A stretch of DNA of 58,453 nucleotides, counting the filler, from Sphacelaria rigidula (lineage: Eukaryota), in the NCBI GenBank assembly GCA_964200075.2. It is 9 parts of 9 records of this genome, joined end to end, with 100 filler letters (N's around TTAATTAATTAA, not from the genome) between each part and the next. Parts side by side here need not be neighbours in the genome. Positions count along the whole stretch, not along the records: positions 32,532 to 38,937 come from CAXNAA020020267.1; positions 39,038 to 45,443 come from CAXNAA020020268.1; positions 45,544 to 51,948 come from CAXNAA020020269.1; 6 more parts are not named here. One strand, written 5' to 3'. Shown in pieces: positions 37,270-50,865 of this stretch; the first letter of the stretch is position 1; the number at the start of each line of letters is the position of its first letter. The position numbers and the translations under genes are program-made. Below the pieces are notes generated by a model that saw only the letters and a program-made list of their open reading frames with translations, did not search any database and was not told the origin of the DNA.

Positions 37270-38937
37270 TGCGCGTGAGTGGTGGACATCTGTCCGTGCT
37301 TTTTCGGGGCTGGGTGTGTAGGTGTTGTGTTGCGCCGTTGCGTGATGTCTGCATCAATACACAGACCTTGGACCTGCTTGGACTAACGACCACTTCTAGA
37401 CCCGCCGCATTTCTCAACCTGCGCGCAGATCCGGGTTCGTGCCGCAATAGCCTGTACACGGGCTCAAACATATTTTTTACTTGTGGCCTGTCTTTGCCGC
37501 CTGCCTGACTCCTCTGTTGCCAACATAGCTTCATACTGTAGTGTTGTTGTGGAACACCAAGCAGAGACACCAGTAGCGTGCAGTAGACTGTGTTCAGTGC
37601 AGAACGATGCACGCTCACTGTTTCTTGCCGCTGAGTCCAGCGAAGACAAACAACATTCTGACACATTCTGACTTCGTCCTCAGATATGATTCGTGACAAC
37701 CTCGCAGGGTTAGGATTAGACCCAAGGAGAAGTCCTGAGATAACGGATGGTTTTCTTGGAAAGCAGTCGTTCATTGTAACGAGTATAAAGCGTTCAAGCA
37801 AGGAACTTTCGATTTTGAACAGGGAAAACTGTACTACGATACCCCTGAATACTATTCTACATGTTTCATTCCGAGCGATCTTCCCCACATACCCCCACAG
37901 TTGTCACAAATCCTATCTGAGGGGGGGGGTGCCAGCGGTTTCCGTCGCTAGTTCAGACCCCGCTTGGGACAGTCAGGAGAGATATTCAAACTACAGCTGG
38001 TGCAGGTTCTAAATTCGACGAAACGGCGCGGATTCTGCACGCGCGCTGCACTACAGTTTAGTATTGCTCGAGAGCCTCACCGCGAAACCGGTTCTCAACA
38101 CAGCCACAGCGGAAGTGGCCATACGAGGCGTGATGGCTTTCAGACTGGATGAAGCGCCTCGCATGGGCACTACTGGCGAAACAACCCCAAGCGTGGGACT
38201 AACCCTTACCCCCGTTGTGAGTGTCTGCACCTTAATTGTGGGGCATCCATTTTATCCAACTGACGGCTATACTGTAGTGATGCTGTTCTCTGGTGACGGT
38301 ATATCTCAGCAGACTGCTGAATGATGCTGCGTTTCAAAGTTCGCTGGCGTCTGTCGCCGCATTGGATCGTTTTGCTGACGGCGGTGTCTCGCCGGCGCAA
38401 CAGCATGAAGTCTCTCTCAGATACTCAACAAGAGGCGCTCGAAAACTCGAGGACTAGTCCAAAGAAGTATGTTTTCAGCATGCTCTGTTACGTGTTCCGT
38501 AGCGCTTAAACGCAGGTCCTGCTGAAAACACAATGACGCACAATCGATCACGGCGGTTTTTTCTGTTGGACTGCTCATCATCCTGCTTGCCCTGCCGTGC
38601 AGAAACGTCTGGGTCAGGGTTACATGGTCGAAACCGGTTGCGAATCCCGCGCCTTTTGGACAGAGCACATGAAAAACCGATGGTCTATTGAACCTCACCC
38701 AAATGTTGAACCTCAAAAACGAATCCAGGCTGTGTTACACTGTAATACTGTTTAGATTGCTCTGCTCTGTATCGCGCTTCCAATTTTCTCTTCTCCTTTT
38801 GAGTGATGCTCCGGTAGGGGTACACAAATATTTTCTGAGGTTAGGATTGTTAAAAGCCCTTTATCTCGTCCAAAACACGAATTAAACAGCCGATTATCTA
38901 TGTTGAGGATGGTGCTTTTCATTGAGGATGAGAACCC

Positions 38938-39037
38938 NNNNNNNNNNNNNNNNNNNNNNNNNNNNNNNNNNNNNNNNNNNNTTAATTAATTAANNNNNNN
39001 NNNNNNNNNNNNNNNNNNNNNNNNNNNNNNNNNNNNN
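38938..39037. other. Artificial contig spacer
   Basis: 44N-TTAATTAATTAA-44N. Confidence 0.98.
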
Positions 39038-42000
39038 GAGCAGATGGGCACCTTCCCCTTGGTTAGACGATTAATACAATATGCGGATCACGGCCCAACT
39101 CGTCCGTGTCGACGAGATATTGCTTTGAGAGCTTGAATCCGTGTCTAGGCTGGCCCAGCTCGTACATCCTTTCAAAATGTAATCGAAAGCTACCAAAGAT
39201 TGAGCTCGGGAATCGCGTCATTCTCTCGAAATCGACTTGCTTTCTTCTACTCTCGGCTCAGAGGTCTTCACAAACTGCTCGTTGGTTCGCACACTACTAC
39301 CGGAGGCCTTGGCGCGCTGGGGGCCTCGTCTGCGTACATTCTTCGAAACTGCGCACGTAGTGCGACATGTGTTGCGGCACCACGCGGCACAACCGGCTGT
39401 AACCGATAATCAAATTTCAGCCGTTTTTTGGCTAATTCCGCCGCATATGGTACCCTCAACTCTTCACATTTCGGCACTTGGCTACAGTTTGGAATTTCGT
39501 TTGATGAAACCTTGTCGAATCGCAGTGCTACATGAATTTGAAGACACGCGCTGATTTACCGATTACCACGATGTGCCACAGTAGGCACAACTCGCGATAC
39601 ATCGTCAATTAGGACGGGCTGAAGGAAAGTGCACTTCTTAGGCGACCCAGCTTGTATTCTCTGCCGCTCGGCGCGATCCATCTTTTACTCGCATCGCCTG
39701 TGAACTACCTTTGGGTTAGTCTCGGTTGCGATATGGCGCGAGAATCCCGTTCATAGAACCCCCCACCCCGCGACCACTTCGAATCCGTCACCCTAAGCAC
39801 AGCGTGTATGGATGGGGAAAAGCGCACATTCGCAGTATGACATGTCTTCAGCAAGGTGAAGCGGAGAATGTCTGCACTTTTGGATAGATCCCTATATTCC
39901 ACGACCTTATTTTCTCTGCGTGGCACAGCTCACGCTGCTCCTTATAGTCAGCAAAAATATACTTCTGGAAGAATGTGTTTTTGGTCCTTCTTTATCATTT
40001 GACGCCCTAAAAGAGGGGTAGGCGGAGTTTTACACGTTGGAATGAGTTGTTCTACATGTAGAGGGGATTCCACGATACCGAAGCATCTTCCGGTGGCCGC
40101 AATTTTTATTCGGCTGAACAAGTTGTCTTGTCCAGAGACGGTCAAGTCCAGAAAAAAAAGTGGCGATTTTTTCTGAATTCGATTTTTCCTGATCATCCGT
40201 GAACAAAAATGCTTTGGCCAAAACCCAGGAAATGCCGCCACTGCTAAACGCGGAGACATCCTGAAACCGCCTCAAGGAGTAGAGCAAATCACTTCAACGT
40301 GGAGTAGAGCAAATAATCCCAACGTCTCAAACTCCGCCTACCTCTCTTTTAGGGCGTGACTTGATTTACGGTTAAAAAAATAACAAACAACTTTATTGTT
40401 GCTTGCTATAACGTACACTCTCTCGACATGTTGGCTGCCGACATTCACTGTTCCACAAGAAAACAGAAGGGTTTCACGGCTTGAGCGCTACTGGTGCGTG
40501 GGTACTCCCGAACTACATGACTGTTCCTGCATAGCTGTTAACGTTAGCGTCCGGGATCGCTGCCATCGACCAAATATGCAAAAGGATGATGGGTGGGGCT
40601 CTCAATATTCCCAGCAGACATGACTTTTGCTTCGGTATTTGCGTCGTATGGCCAGTATTCCCCCACGTCCCAGTACGCGAGAAAACCTGCGAAGCAACCC
40701 TAAACAGTTCAGGCGTCCACTACTGTAGAGTTGTCAATATGAAAGGTGAAACACACTGGTTTTCGAGGGAGTGCCGCAGCGAGGAAGGGATGCCACCTTT
40801 TCGACACAATATGGAGGGCGGCGGCTGACCACTAAATGTATCTTGTGAATGACAAGAAGGGGAGATCTCTGACCGGTGTAACAGCGCCATGTACTCTCTC
40901 TTCGGGTGATCGCTACCCTCTCCGGCGAGGTTCGTCGCAGGGCGTGTTCGTGATGAGAAACCTGGAGGCAAGTTGCGAACGCCAGTGGGTGAGGACGGTG
41001 CTATGAAGTTTCCAACAGTCGGGGTCGTTTACCGAAGCGTCCACCACAACAATGAGCAATGAGCGGCACGCAACAATACCCTATGACGGAACCCACCCAT
41101 ATAGTACAGTACAGGACAGTGATATGATGGACAGCAAAACACATGCCGTACAGGATACAAATGCACATGGCGATACCGAACAGTACAGTGCACGCCGCTT
41201 TACAGTTATGGGCGCGCCTGACCCCCCAAACTGGGTAAAGAAAGTGTCACCGACCAAAATCACGAAAATACAGGAACAGATCGACTTTTGGGGCTTATCT
41301 GGGCTCATCGGGTAAAATATGCCTAACGTCATCGGAAGAGAACGACATGGATCCAAAATTCATATAGAGAACCCTACCGTTACTTCCGTTGTTGTTCCAC
41401 ATATGTCACATACCACTGCGTAGCTTTTCGTCCATGCTTGCGATACGCTGGAATGCCAGGAGGCTAGTTGGGTTGATCCAACCCAACGCACACCGAGAAC
41501 CCTCGGGCAAGGGCGGTACATACACTCTCTGAACAAACTGAGACCTTGGTAGACCCCAAATCTGCGCCTGTGGCGCCGATGTCAACGAAAACCCGTTCTG
41601 CTCACACGAGGAGCCCACGGAACTGTCAGTGCTACTTGAAATCCGGTTCTTGTTGTACACATTCAAACCAAGTAATATCAACCATGAACATTTGTAGCCC
41701 AACGCCTGAAACGGGACCGCTGAACCATTGATTTTTGCAAAATCATATGCTCAATATGCGACGGAACCGTATGTACTGATGGACTACGACAAGGACGGCC
41801 CTTACACAGACGAGTGGAGTACAGTCGCCGGGTGTGTCATGTAGGCTGGGCGGATGTTGGTCGACGTCCTCGTCGTGTTCATCGTTCTACAATTTGAGCG
41901 GATGAATGATTCGCCCTGTGCAAGCGTAGTTATTGTTCCGTGGGTATGCCTTTTCATTTTATGAATGTGCATGATTTTCATCGGACTCCTAGGATATCGT

Positions 42001-42300
42001 GTTCCAAGAGGGAATGAAAACAAACCGCCGGTCGTCACCCACCACTGCCGATACATCGGACGCGTGTCTTATGACGGGTTGGTGCACTGAAAGACATGAG
42101 TGGGGCTTCGGTGCCATGTGGCTTCAGCAACAGTGGACTGACGACTTTATCCTGTCTTCTGTGTCGCCTTGACGCAGAATAGTTGACCATTCGGGAGGGT
42201 AAGTTGATCCATCTTGATTTTATTGTGAACCGAAATCCGGATCTTTTCATGGGAGGTGTGCTTCTAGCATGCTTTGTTGCTTTCTTTTCTCCTTCAGTTC
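39038..42300 (-). mobile_element. Highly degenerate Ty3/gypsy pol relic (protease-RT-RNase H-integrase order)
   Basis: Fragments DILG (~41990), VPWAP and PLP (~41610-41500), EKVASL..TP (~40800), AFLFTDD and LRYRG (~40210-40070), SHYVRSFEEC (~39360); many stops and frameshifts. Confidence 0.45.
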
Positions 42301-43092
42301 AGAGTTTGTCCACAGTTGCCGCCAGGTGAGATTAGATACAAAGCTACGCTATCGATGGTGGCGTGGTGATGGCACCGGGTGCAGGAGAACGAGCGCTACT
42401 CTCGCCACTATCACAAGCGATGCACAGATGGGGGTAAATATCCGCAGACACGGAAGCCTCTAGGGGTTCGGTCAAATGTTCAAATTCTACACCTGCCAAA
42501 CATTCCTCACATGCGATGTATCAACCATCTGCAGTATCAAGAGTCATTCATGGGTGTAATCTATTCTGAGGCCGTTGGGCAGGGGTGACGGTTTCGTATG
42601 TTGTGAAAACCGGCGAGGGTTGGAGGTGCTGGTTTGCGCCCGTAGCCCAAAACGGTTGCCCCCATTACTCATCGCCAAGGCGATCGATTGGGATGCGATT
42701 TTTTGTATCATCTGCGCGAAGGCGGCAGCTACAAATTCGGTGATCGTTTTTTTTATTCTTATCGGGATTCGAATTTTTAACGAATTAAATGGAAAAAAAA
42801 CATGTTTTTTTGCGATTTCCTCGATCACCATAACTCCTTTGGTTCCACAATCTTTCCAGATTGTAGCTTGGACAAATACACGCCGGTGAGTAGCCTAGGC
42901 ACGCCGTGGTTCGTAACCCGGGACAACGAAAATGGAAAATCATCGAGTGGAAACCCCACTCAAATCACAAGTACTTGGGGGGATTTTACGGCGTGCATAA
43001 TCAGGGAATAAACGAGATCTCCGGTCTGTTCGTGCTTTTGGTCGGTGACGCGTTTTGGGCTCATTTTGGGGGGTCAGGCGCGCCCATAACAG
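41203..43092. mobile_element. Inverted pair of ~85-bp termini, possibly Tc1/mariner-type
   Basis: TA-CAGTTATGGGCGCGCCTGACCCCCCAAA... and ...TTTTGGGGGGTCAGGCGCGCCCATAACAG-TA, both bordered by degenerate (CAGTA)n. Confidence 0.5.
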
Positions 43093-45443
43093 TATAGTAC
43101 AGCAAAGTAGAAAATAGTCAAGTGCCTTACAGAACAACAGAGGCGGTGCCGTACACTGTACTGGACGGTTTGCGACCGTTTGCAGTGCGCAACAGTCGAG
43201 TGGATTACAGTCGAGTACTGTACACGATACTGTTGAGCAGAACGGGACAGCGTGCTCCCCTGTTGTCATTACACACGACCCCGCACGTGATCGCGGACCC
43301 CCCTAATCAGTAGTGGACAGCACATTACGATACGCTCGAGTACATCAGACGACGGCACGCGGCTCCACATAAAAGTATGTTGTGTATTGCCGCCCTACAG
43401 TGCACCGCACCGGAACGTGCACGGCACTTTCCAGTACATGACGTTACACTACATGACACTCGAGCATAGACACAACAGCCCAGCCCAGCACGCAACAGTG
43501 ACCTGTGTGTTGCCATCCCATCACATACCGTACTGGACCGTGCACAACGCGTGCATTTTTTTGCGGTACAATATCATTCGAGTACAGTACACATCATGAC
43601 AGAGCGGTGCGGTGGGTCATCAACGTTTATACTGGAATATATATGCAGTTTGCAGCCCCCGTCTACCACCAGGCATGCTCGCAATCAATCGCCTCTTGTG
43701 TAGAGTCCCACACACCAATCGCGACGGGTTTTGTCAGATGGACTCTATGCGTCATAGGCTTCACCATGCACGCCGTGCGGCCTATCAACTCCTAGCGCGG
43801 CCATCACTAGTCTGCGTACCATCACGTGACATTCCGGCCACGAGGAACCTATACAGAGCGCCACCGTTCAGACCGGCCAACGCGAGACCTAACCACCTTG
43901 TCACCCAGAAACTGGCACCGACACCCCGCCTTGAACACAGCTTTCCACCGGTGCCGCGTCTTGGAGTTGTGCTCCTTCGTGAGGGCTGGCCACCCGAGTG
44001 AGCTGCGAGTACTTTGCGGCTGTGCTAGCTCAGTGTTATTCCTTTTCGATAATATGGAGGCGGTGTTTTGGCAACTTGGGCGTAAAAAGAATCCGCGCCT
44101 CGTATCAGATGACGCCGAAACTTGGAGAATGTGTAGATTGGTATTAGAAGAAGGTGTCACAGTCACAGCTGCGGCAGGGGAAGTCGCTCATGACTCGGTC
44201 TGCATCGATACGGTGGATAATCACCGCGCGCCGATTTTTGTCTTTCCAACACCCTGCTGTCTGATGATTACAGTGGGTACAGTGTCAGTTGACCACGCTG
44301 ACTGTGCATGGATGCTGCCGGCCTCATCATCAATATTCGCCGATTTATGGATTAACGCTCGAAGAAACCCAGCAAACAAGCATCGTTTATGATTTGCCAT
44401 ATATATGAGGGTTGGGAGGCGAACGTTTCCGCTCCAAAACGGTCGACAGTCGAAGGTTAAGCTCCTGTCGCGCGACCGGTGGGTAGCGCGACGTACCCTT
44501 GCCGGCGTACCTGGTACTGGAGGCGGCATCCCGGTACAGACAGTCCCACCACTGCCGTCACGGCCGTGCAAACAGGCTGGCAGCCGGCGTGGGCGTTGCT
44601 CTGGTATTCTTCTAGCCTTATCAACTTAGATTATCTCCGCAATGGCTTTGCACGTGAATATTTCGGTGATTGCCTCACTTCCACGTCGGCCATATTTTGG
44701 CGACAAGCCACGGTCTCACTGCCCAACTTTATATGTGAAAATGTACAACGATGGACGAGATATTTCTCTTCAGCTTTGAAAAAAGTGTACTGCGCACAGT
44801 ACTGAAATCTGTTGTCGACTGCCAAAGGCAGCACGGCGTCGAATGCGCGCAGTATACTGTGAGACGGTCCAGAAATCCCCACGCCGCGAAAGGTAACAGC
44901 AAGCTTTCGCGCCACAGCGCCTGTATCCACAGCGACCTTCGCCCAACATACGGGCATTGATTATAGGAGCGGATAGCAGCGGAGGCGGACTTCACTCACA
45001 ACATCGAGCACGTTGTACCGCTACAGGCCTCACTGCTGCGGATGGTGCGCAGTAAAACACAGGCGGTAAGCAGTATATGATGTGCTGTACTGACTGTACT
45101 GTTTCATATGCGTTCAGATCAGTGCGCACGGGGTGGGGCCCGCATGTACACAACCCTCCACGAACTTCGTGGTGTATTATCGTCGTGGCATGAGGTTTCA
45201 GCAGAAATCGCTTGCGATCTATGCTGTTACATAACTCGTAAGTGATGCAGCTTCCTCCACATACGCAATCCGTCCGTGAGGTGAGCTCTTGATGCTAGGA
45301 GCGCCCACTCCTCTTTCCGTGATGATGTCCAGTCTGGGGCTCAGACAATTGAAACCTCGGAATATGACAGTAACTGTAAGGAAGGCGTATCGCTAGAGTA
45401 GTCAGAGACCTACGGGGGGAGACTGCCGTCCTGATGCCGAAGG

Positions 45444-45543
45444 NNNNNNNNNNNNNNNNNNNNNNNNNNNNNNNNNNNNNNNNNNNNTTAATTAATTAAN
45501 NNNNNNNNNNNNNNNNNNNNNNNNNNNNNNNNNNNNNNNNNNN
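45444..45543. other. Artificial contig spacer
   Basis: 44N-TTAATTAATTAA-44N. Confidence 0.98.
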
Positions 45544-45600
45544 CCCCGTTCTCTCCACCCTGATGGCGACAGTCGGGCCATTACACCACCGGGGCGCGGC
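45544..45600 (-). mobile_element. Second tRNA-derived SINE head, truncated by contig edge
   Basis: Reverse complement GCCGCGCCCCGGTGGTGTAATGGCCCGACTGTCGCCATCAGGGTGGAGAGAACGGGG. Confidence 0.65.
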
Positions 45601-45939
45601 GGGCTGCACTAGAAACAAGAGATGAATTTTCTTTAAAACATGCAGATATGTAGGACCGCGCACTATCAGGAATATCAGCGTCCCCCTTGACTAGTCCTCT
45701 ACATACACGGATGTAGCCGGATTTGAGTGGCTGGAATCTCTGATCATGACGGCTCAGCTATCATCAGGGTCTTTCTCGCTGCCACGACCGTCGATTACTG
45801 TACGTGTTTTCTGTTTTCAGTGCAATGGCCAGCCCTAGCATCAGTACCATCAATCATCATTATCAACCGATCAGTTGTCATTATTTGCCGTCACCCCCAC
45901 AGTCACCATCCAATCATCATCCACACGATTACACACGAC

Positions 45940-46140
45940 CTTCAGGGGATCCTCTTCCTCCAGGACTCTGACCAGCTCCCCCGGATCATCAAGACCCAGC
46001 TTGAACAAACGCCGTAGAGAGCTCGAATGCCCAACGTCGCTCTCTCCGCCATAACTGTCAATTCCCTGCCATTTTTCCTTTCCCTGGGCAGCGTCGTCCG
46101 TCAATCCCGCCGCTTTCGGTATTTCCGCTACTACTGTCGA
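45940..46140 (-). CDS. Possible internal exon (201 bp, phase 0-0) of an unidentified gene
   Basis: Pyrimidine-rich tract and AAG acceptor, open frame STVVAEIPKAAGLTDDAAQGKEKWQG...LRRLFKLGLDDPGELVRVLEEEDPLK, GT donor at 45939-45938. Confidence 0.4.
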
Positions 46141-46419
46141 CTTGTGCATGCAAGGCAATGGCGATGCGCACGCGGGGCAGGGCGTCGAGGGGGGAGAGAA
46201 TGAAGGAGGACAGGGGGCATGGCCTAAATGTGAAATTTCGCACAATCTCGGAATAACAATTGTGGCGTATGCCACCCCGACCATCAAACTGGTGCCTCAT
46301 GGGTCAGTGTGGGCGGATCTTGTGGATTCCAATCCCGACATTGAGAGCGAAGTATTTAATACTGACACTTGATAATGAAAACGGGGGCAGGGGACGGTGG
46401 GGGAGGGGGGAGGGCGGGG

Positions 46420-46960
46420 TGTACTCATGATCTTGCGTGCGATAGTCATCTGATCATTAACCTCGCATCCCTACAAAGCCGGAACGGAGTACGCCGGGTT
46501 TTCGCCGGACCAGGCTCGCAATCGATCACCGAGCGCGAAGCGCCGTGATGTGCTCGGCGAGTCGCAGGAAGGGTGAGCCGCATCCTGCTAAGATTTTTCT
46601 GCCCGAAGTGTGCTGATTATTGTGCATTTGGATAGCAGCCTCCACTGAGCTGCTTCATTTTCTGGTATCGCCAGTTCTGCAGACAGCCACGGCTTATACA
46701 CTGCCTCATGGGCGTCTCACCATTTGAACGCTACGCAGTATGATCATCGATTTTGCGCGGAATCGAGGTCCTTCCAACCCGCACAATAAAATCTATCTCG
46801 ACCACCATCATGGTTACCGTAAACAATCGGTGATCTGGTTGCCTAACTTACGCAGTGAGTGGCCTGTTCTACAGCGTCATTGCCAACCGACGTCAACCCC
46901 ATAGGTGGTCCGTCCCTACAAAGCCCGGACGAAGCACGCCGGGTTTTCGCCGGACAAGGT
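46420..46960 (+). mobile_element. Unclassified ~540-bp dispersed repeat bounded by G-tracts (full copy)
   Basis: Starts GTACTCATGATC after a G-run; ~47-bp direct repeat at 46468-46514 and 46913-46959; followed by G-runs; homologous to 21430-21998 (-). Confidence 0.8.
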
Positions 46961-47695
46961 GGGGGGGGTTGGGGGGGGTACTAGATGCAACAGATGCAGA
47001 GTTCCGCGCAAGTCGATGTATCACGTCACGCGAGAAACAGCGAGTTGGGCCAGCCCAGAAACCCAACTGTAGGTTGTAGGCTACTTGGCAGCTCCGCTTT
47101 CAGGGCTGTGCTCTGAAATTTGGAATGTAATATCGCAAGGTCATGATCAAAAAAAATTGCGGATGAAAAACTGTGACGGCAAGAAATCGGGACTCTTGTT
47201 TTTTCGTGAGTGAATCACAGACAAGAAACAACATCCACGTGAAGGCGACATCGAAAAATTTGACATTATCACGACAGCTGCCGTACATCTTCATGCCCAG
47301 TGGAATTTCTGTTGTGACGTCATTATCGAAACCCCGGAGCCAAGCGAATAGAAGAAATGCGCTAGACTCTCCGTGAGGTGATGCAAAAAGTGGCCAAGAA
47401 ATGTGGTGGCGATGCTCCATGTTCGGGGGCCAAAAATAAATTACAAATGTCCCAAAACTGACAAACAAAAACAACTTTCATACGAGAAGGCCTGAAACAT
47501 TGCGATAAGTTTGCGCCCGATAATGTTTTTTTCACGCTACGCGTACATCCGGTGGACTTTGCAGATTAACACCGTATTTTGGGATCCGGCCCAGTGAAAC
47601 ATATACGAAGCGAGAACTATCACCATATACTACAGATAAACGAGATCAGATATCTGTGAGAAATTCCGCAAAACAATGTATTTAGGGGTAGGGTT

Positions 47696-47889
47696 CCAAG
47701 GGGGTGTTGGGTAGGGTATTTCCTTCATTCGGGTACTTTGAAAAATCGTACTCTAAGCACCCGAAATTCGGGTATAGCACTGAGATCGTACTCAACAACA
47801 CCCCGATGTTGGGTAGAGTAATGCGATCGCACCTAGCAAGAACGGGAGAGCAAAAACCCGGGTATATACCGTACCCAACACGCCCTTGT
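47696..47889. mobile_element. Small MITE-like element
   Basis: CAAGGGGGTGTTGGGTAGGGTAT / ATACCGTACCCAACACGCCCTTG. Confidence 0.55.
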
Positions 47890-49122
47890 GAGGTTCTCTC
47901 CCTTGGGATGAATCCGCATCAGTCCATTTCCCCCTCGGTACACGCCCCCCAGCAGCCCGTCGGCGTTCTTTAGTTCAACTTTCATCGCTACTCACATTTT
48001 GCCGTTTTCGAGGACAGGGATCATATAATTCTCAGAAAAAGCACCTAGGGCACCGTCTATGCACTGTTTATATATATATACAGAATATTTGGAACTCACG
48101 AGCGTCAAGCATACTTTGTAACGAGGCGTCCACGAGATTCAATGCTGATTTTAGTGTCCAAGTTCCTCCGCACCCGCCCCCGGAGATGACTGTTCGGGCC
48201 AACGCCAATGCTAGGGGTTCGGTTGGCAGATTCGTACTTTACTTTGTGCGGGGGTACACATGCGTTTGCGACCGTTCGAACGGACGCGCGATCGCGGTGG
48301 TCCTGGAATGCTTCCAGCGGGCATGAACATTTCGAGAGAGGATTTATTCTCACGAGGGCTTGGCAAGGCAAGAATACCGAGACCCTCGAAAAAGACGGAC
48401 GGGATCGGGGCGCAGCCCCGGGTCCCGTACGGCTTGTATATATATATATATATATATATAATTCATACGGGCATGGGACTGTATACGCTGAATGTGTAAG
48501 GGGTATTGCTAACGGGTCTACTTATTTTCCCGAAACCTTCGAACTTCACGAGAAAGGAAAAAAATGTTCCTTCGAACAAAATGAAAGCAGATTCCTCAAC
48601 CGTGTCAGGCAATAGATCGATATAAGACTGACGACGGATTTATCCAAAACTCAAGCGTCGGATTTGTTTTCAGTAAAATTGTTTTCGGAGAAGCAGGAAG
48701 AAGATGTAGATATCAGAAAAGGTTACGAAAAATCCGAAGAAAAAAACAGTTATGTTGATGAGACTCTTAATGTGTTTGTCACACGCCTACATACTTACTC
48801 TGGCCATTTTCCAGACGCGACATGTAACCCACCTTTGGAGGCGTAAAACACGAGAGAAAGTACAGCACCCAGGCAATCCCAAACATGACGGCCGCTATGC
48901 CCACAACCCCTCTGATCAGCGATGAGCCGCTCTGTTTTCGGCCCAGGCCCACCCCCTCAATCCCCAGTCCCCGAACACGCCCCTGTTAGTAATCATGAAA
49001 AAAAATAGAGAGAGGGAGAGAGCGGGAGATGAGGGGGGGGGGGGGGGGGAGGGGGTAGACAAAAAAGAGAAGAGATTTAAGGTGGGGGAAAAACGGTCGC
49101 AATGGGTTCATCACGGGTGCCA

Positions 49123-49231
49123 TCTCTGTCTGTCTCTGTCTGTCTCTGTCTGCCTCCGTCTCTGTCTCTATCTCTGTCTCTGTCTCTCTCCCTCTCTCTC
49201 TGTCTCTGTCTGTCTCTGTCTCTGTCTCTCT
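49123..49231 (+). repeat. (TCTCTG)n microsatellite
   Basis: Direct inspection. Confidence 0.88.
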
Positions 49232-50865
49232 ATCCGTCTGTCGCTCGCTCGCCCGTTCGCTCTGTTTCTCTGCATCACAACGAAAAAAATAAAGATAAAA
49301 GAAAGCTGTTGCAAAACAAAAACAAGGAAAACTGTTCCCGTGACTGCCCGTTGTTTGTGTAGCAGCAGAAGAAGCCATGAAACTCGTTCCGTCGCAAATC
49401 CAGCTTATTTCCCTTGGTCCTGTGCCGCTTTCGCGGTTGCTCCAGCCTGTGGCTGTTTCCCTTCGTCCTTTCACGGGATGTCCCGTAATACGTCGCGGAA
49501 GGTCCCGTCACCGGGACGGGAGTTGTTCCCGCCCAATCTCACGTGTAATTGAGGACATCTGAGGCGAATATATGCTTCATCTTTTGACGGGTGTGATGTA
49601 TGTATGTTTGTTACAATACTCGCCGGCACGTCAGATGTGGGACATGATATGTTCGCAGCAGGCCCGACGTTCTAAAAACGGTGCGCTTTGACTGTTTGGT
49701 ACTTCCATTTCTTCGAATGAGGTCTTCTCTTTGTCGCCGGAAAAAGAGCAGATCCCCACCACACTCTGCACAATGGACAACATTGGCGAAACGTGTACCA
49801 CGTACAGTTTCGAATGCATATAGAGTAGTAGACGAAATGCTCCATATTGTACGCGGTACAATTCTTGCCAATGTAATCTACTGTCCCTTGCCAAGCTGTG
49901 ATCTCCGCCCCGACAATTATCTTCATGGTTACCAACAATAGTTTTGGCTCACCTACTACATTTCACAAGTCATCCCCACGGTGTCCTGAGCAGCAACCTG
50001 ACCGTCCGATATCATTACGAGTATTTCCCCTCGGTAACAACGAAAATATCACATCCACCTACAGGGAAGCACTGTCGTAGTGCATGAAGTCTCGGGGCTG
50101 TGCGCGGGCTAAAACGAGGAAAAAACGCGCCGCTGTCTTTCGCGTGTCCTCATTTCCCAAGCTAAAACCAAAAAATTGCATTGCCCTCGAAAGACAGCTG
50201 GCAAAAATATCCAACAAAAAGCGAAAAAAAAACAAAAATCAAGAGAAGGCGTGCGCGGAAAGTCTTGAAAAAAATTGAAACATGACAAATACCGGGGGAA
50301 ATAGCGAAGGTTTTCCGCAGTCTATTTATATTTAGGAAGGCGCATACAACGACCGCCGGCACTTCTTTCGAACACTCCCTGTGTCAGATTCTTCCCCCGT
50401 CGGTGCAGCAGTGGTCAGACGAAATGGCTCACGACTCGTCATCTTCCACGATTTCACGTGCAAGATCGGAGAGTGTTAGTATCGCCACAAAGCCTGACTA
50501 GGGTTCTCTGCGTCGATGCTGCTCGATTATTGGTCCAGCTGTATCTGGATTTGAACACCGTAGTACCGGGTATCGATATAAACAGGACTCGTGGAGGACG
50601 AGCACGGTGTATCAAAGCAGAGGCAGGGCTTGGGACAGGAGATGGAGTGACAGATCGTGGGCGCTGGGCATCAACGCTCCGAGTGAGGAGCATGAGCATA
50701 GCCCGGACCGGGGATTGGAGGATGACAGTCCCAGGGTGCTGTCGAAACATTGCTGCGGTGATGGGGGCATATTATGCACAAGATAGAAAGGTGTTGCGTG
50801 GGTACTCTTGAAATGCGCGACCAGATAAAAGGAAAGGCCCTCTCGCCAGGCGAACATACAAAAAG

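Noticed and set aside
36430..38750. Possible copia integrase relic on the minus strand (CTYYNRS)
   Set aside because: Single weak motif; not supportable by eye.
44000..45070. Possible Harbinger-type transposase relic (LDYLRNG..., DFTH)
   Set aside because: Weak motif resemblance with multiple stops and frameshifts.
48986..49552. ORFs of 162-185 aa
   Set aside because: Arise from the (TCTCTG)n microsatellite and poly-G.
50695..50732. AGCATAGCCC...AGGATGACA resemblance to the U6 snRNA stem-loop
   Set aside because: Spacing is wrong and there is no ACAGAGA box; it belongs to a dispersed repeat.
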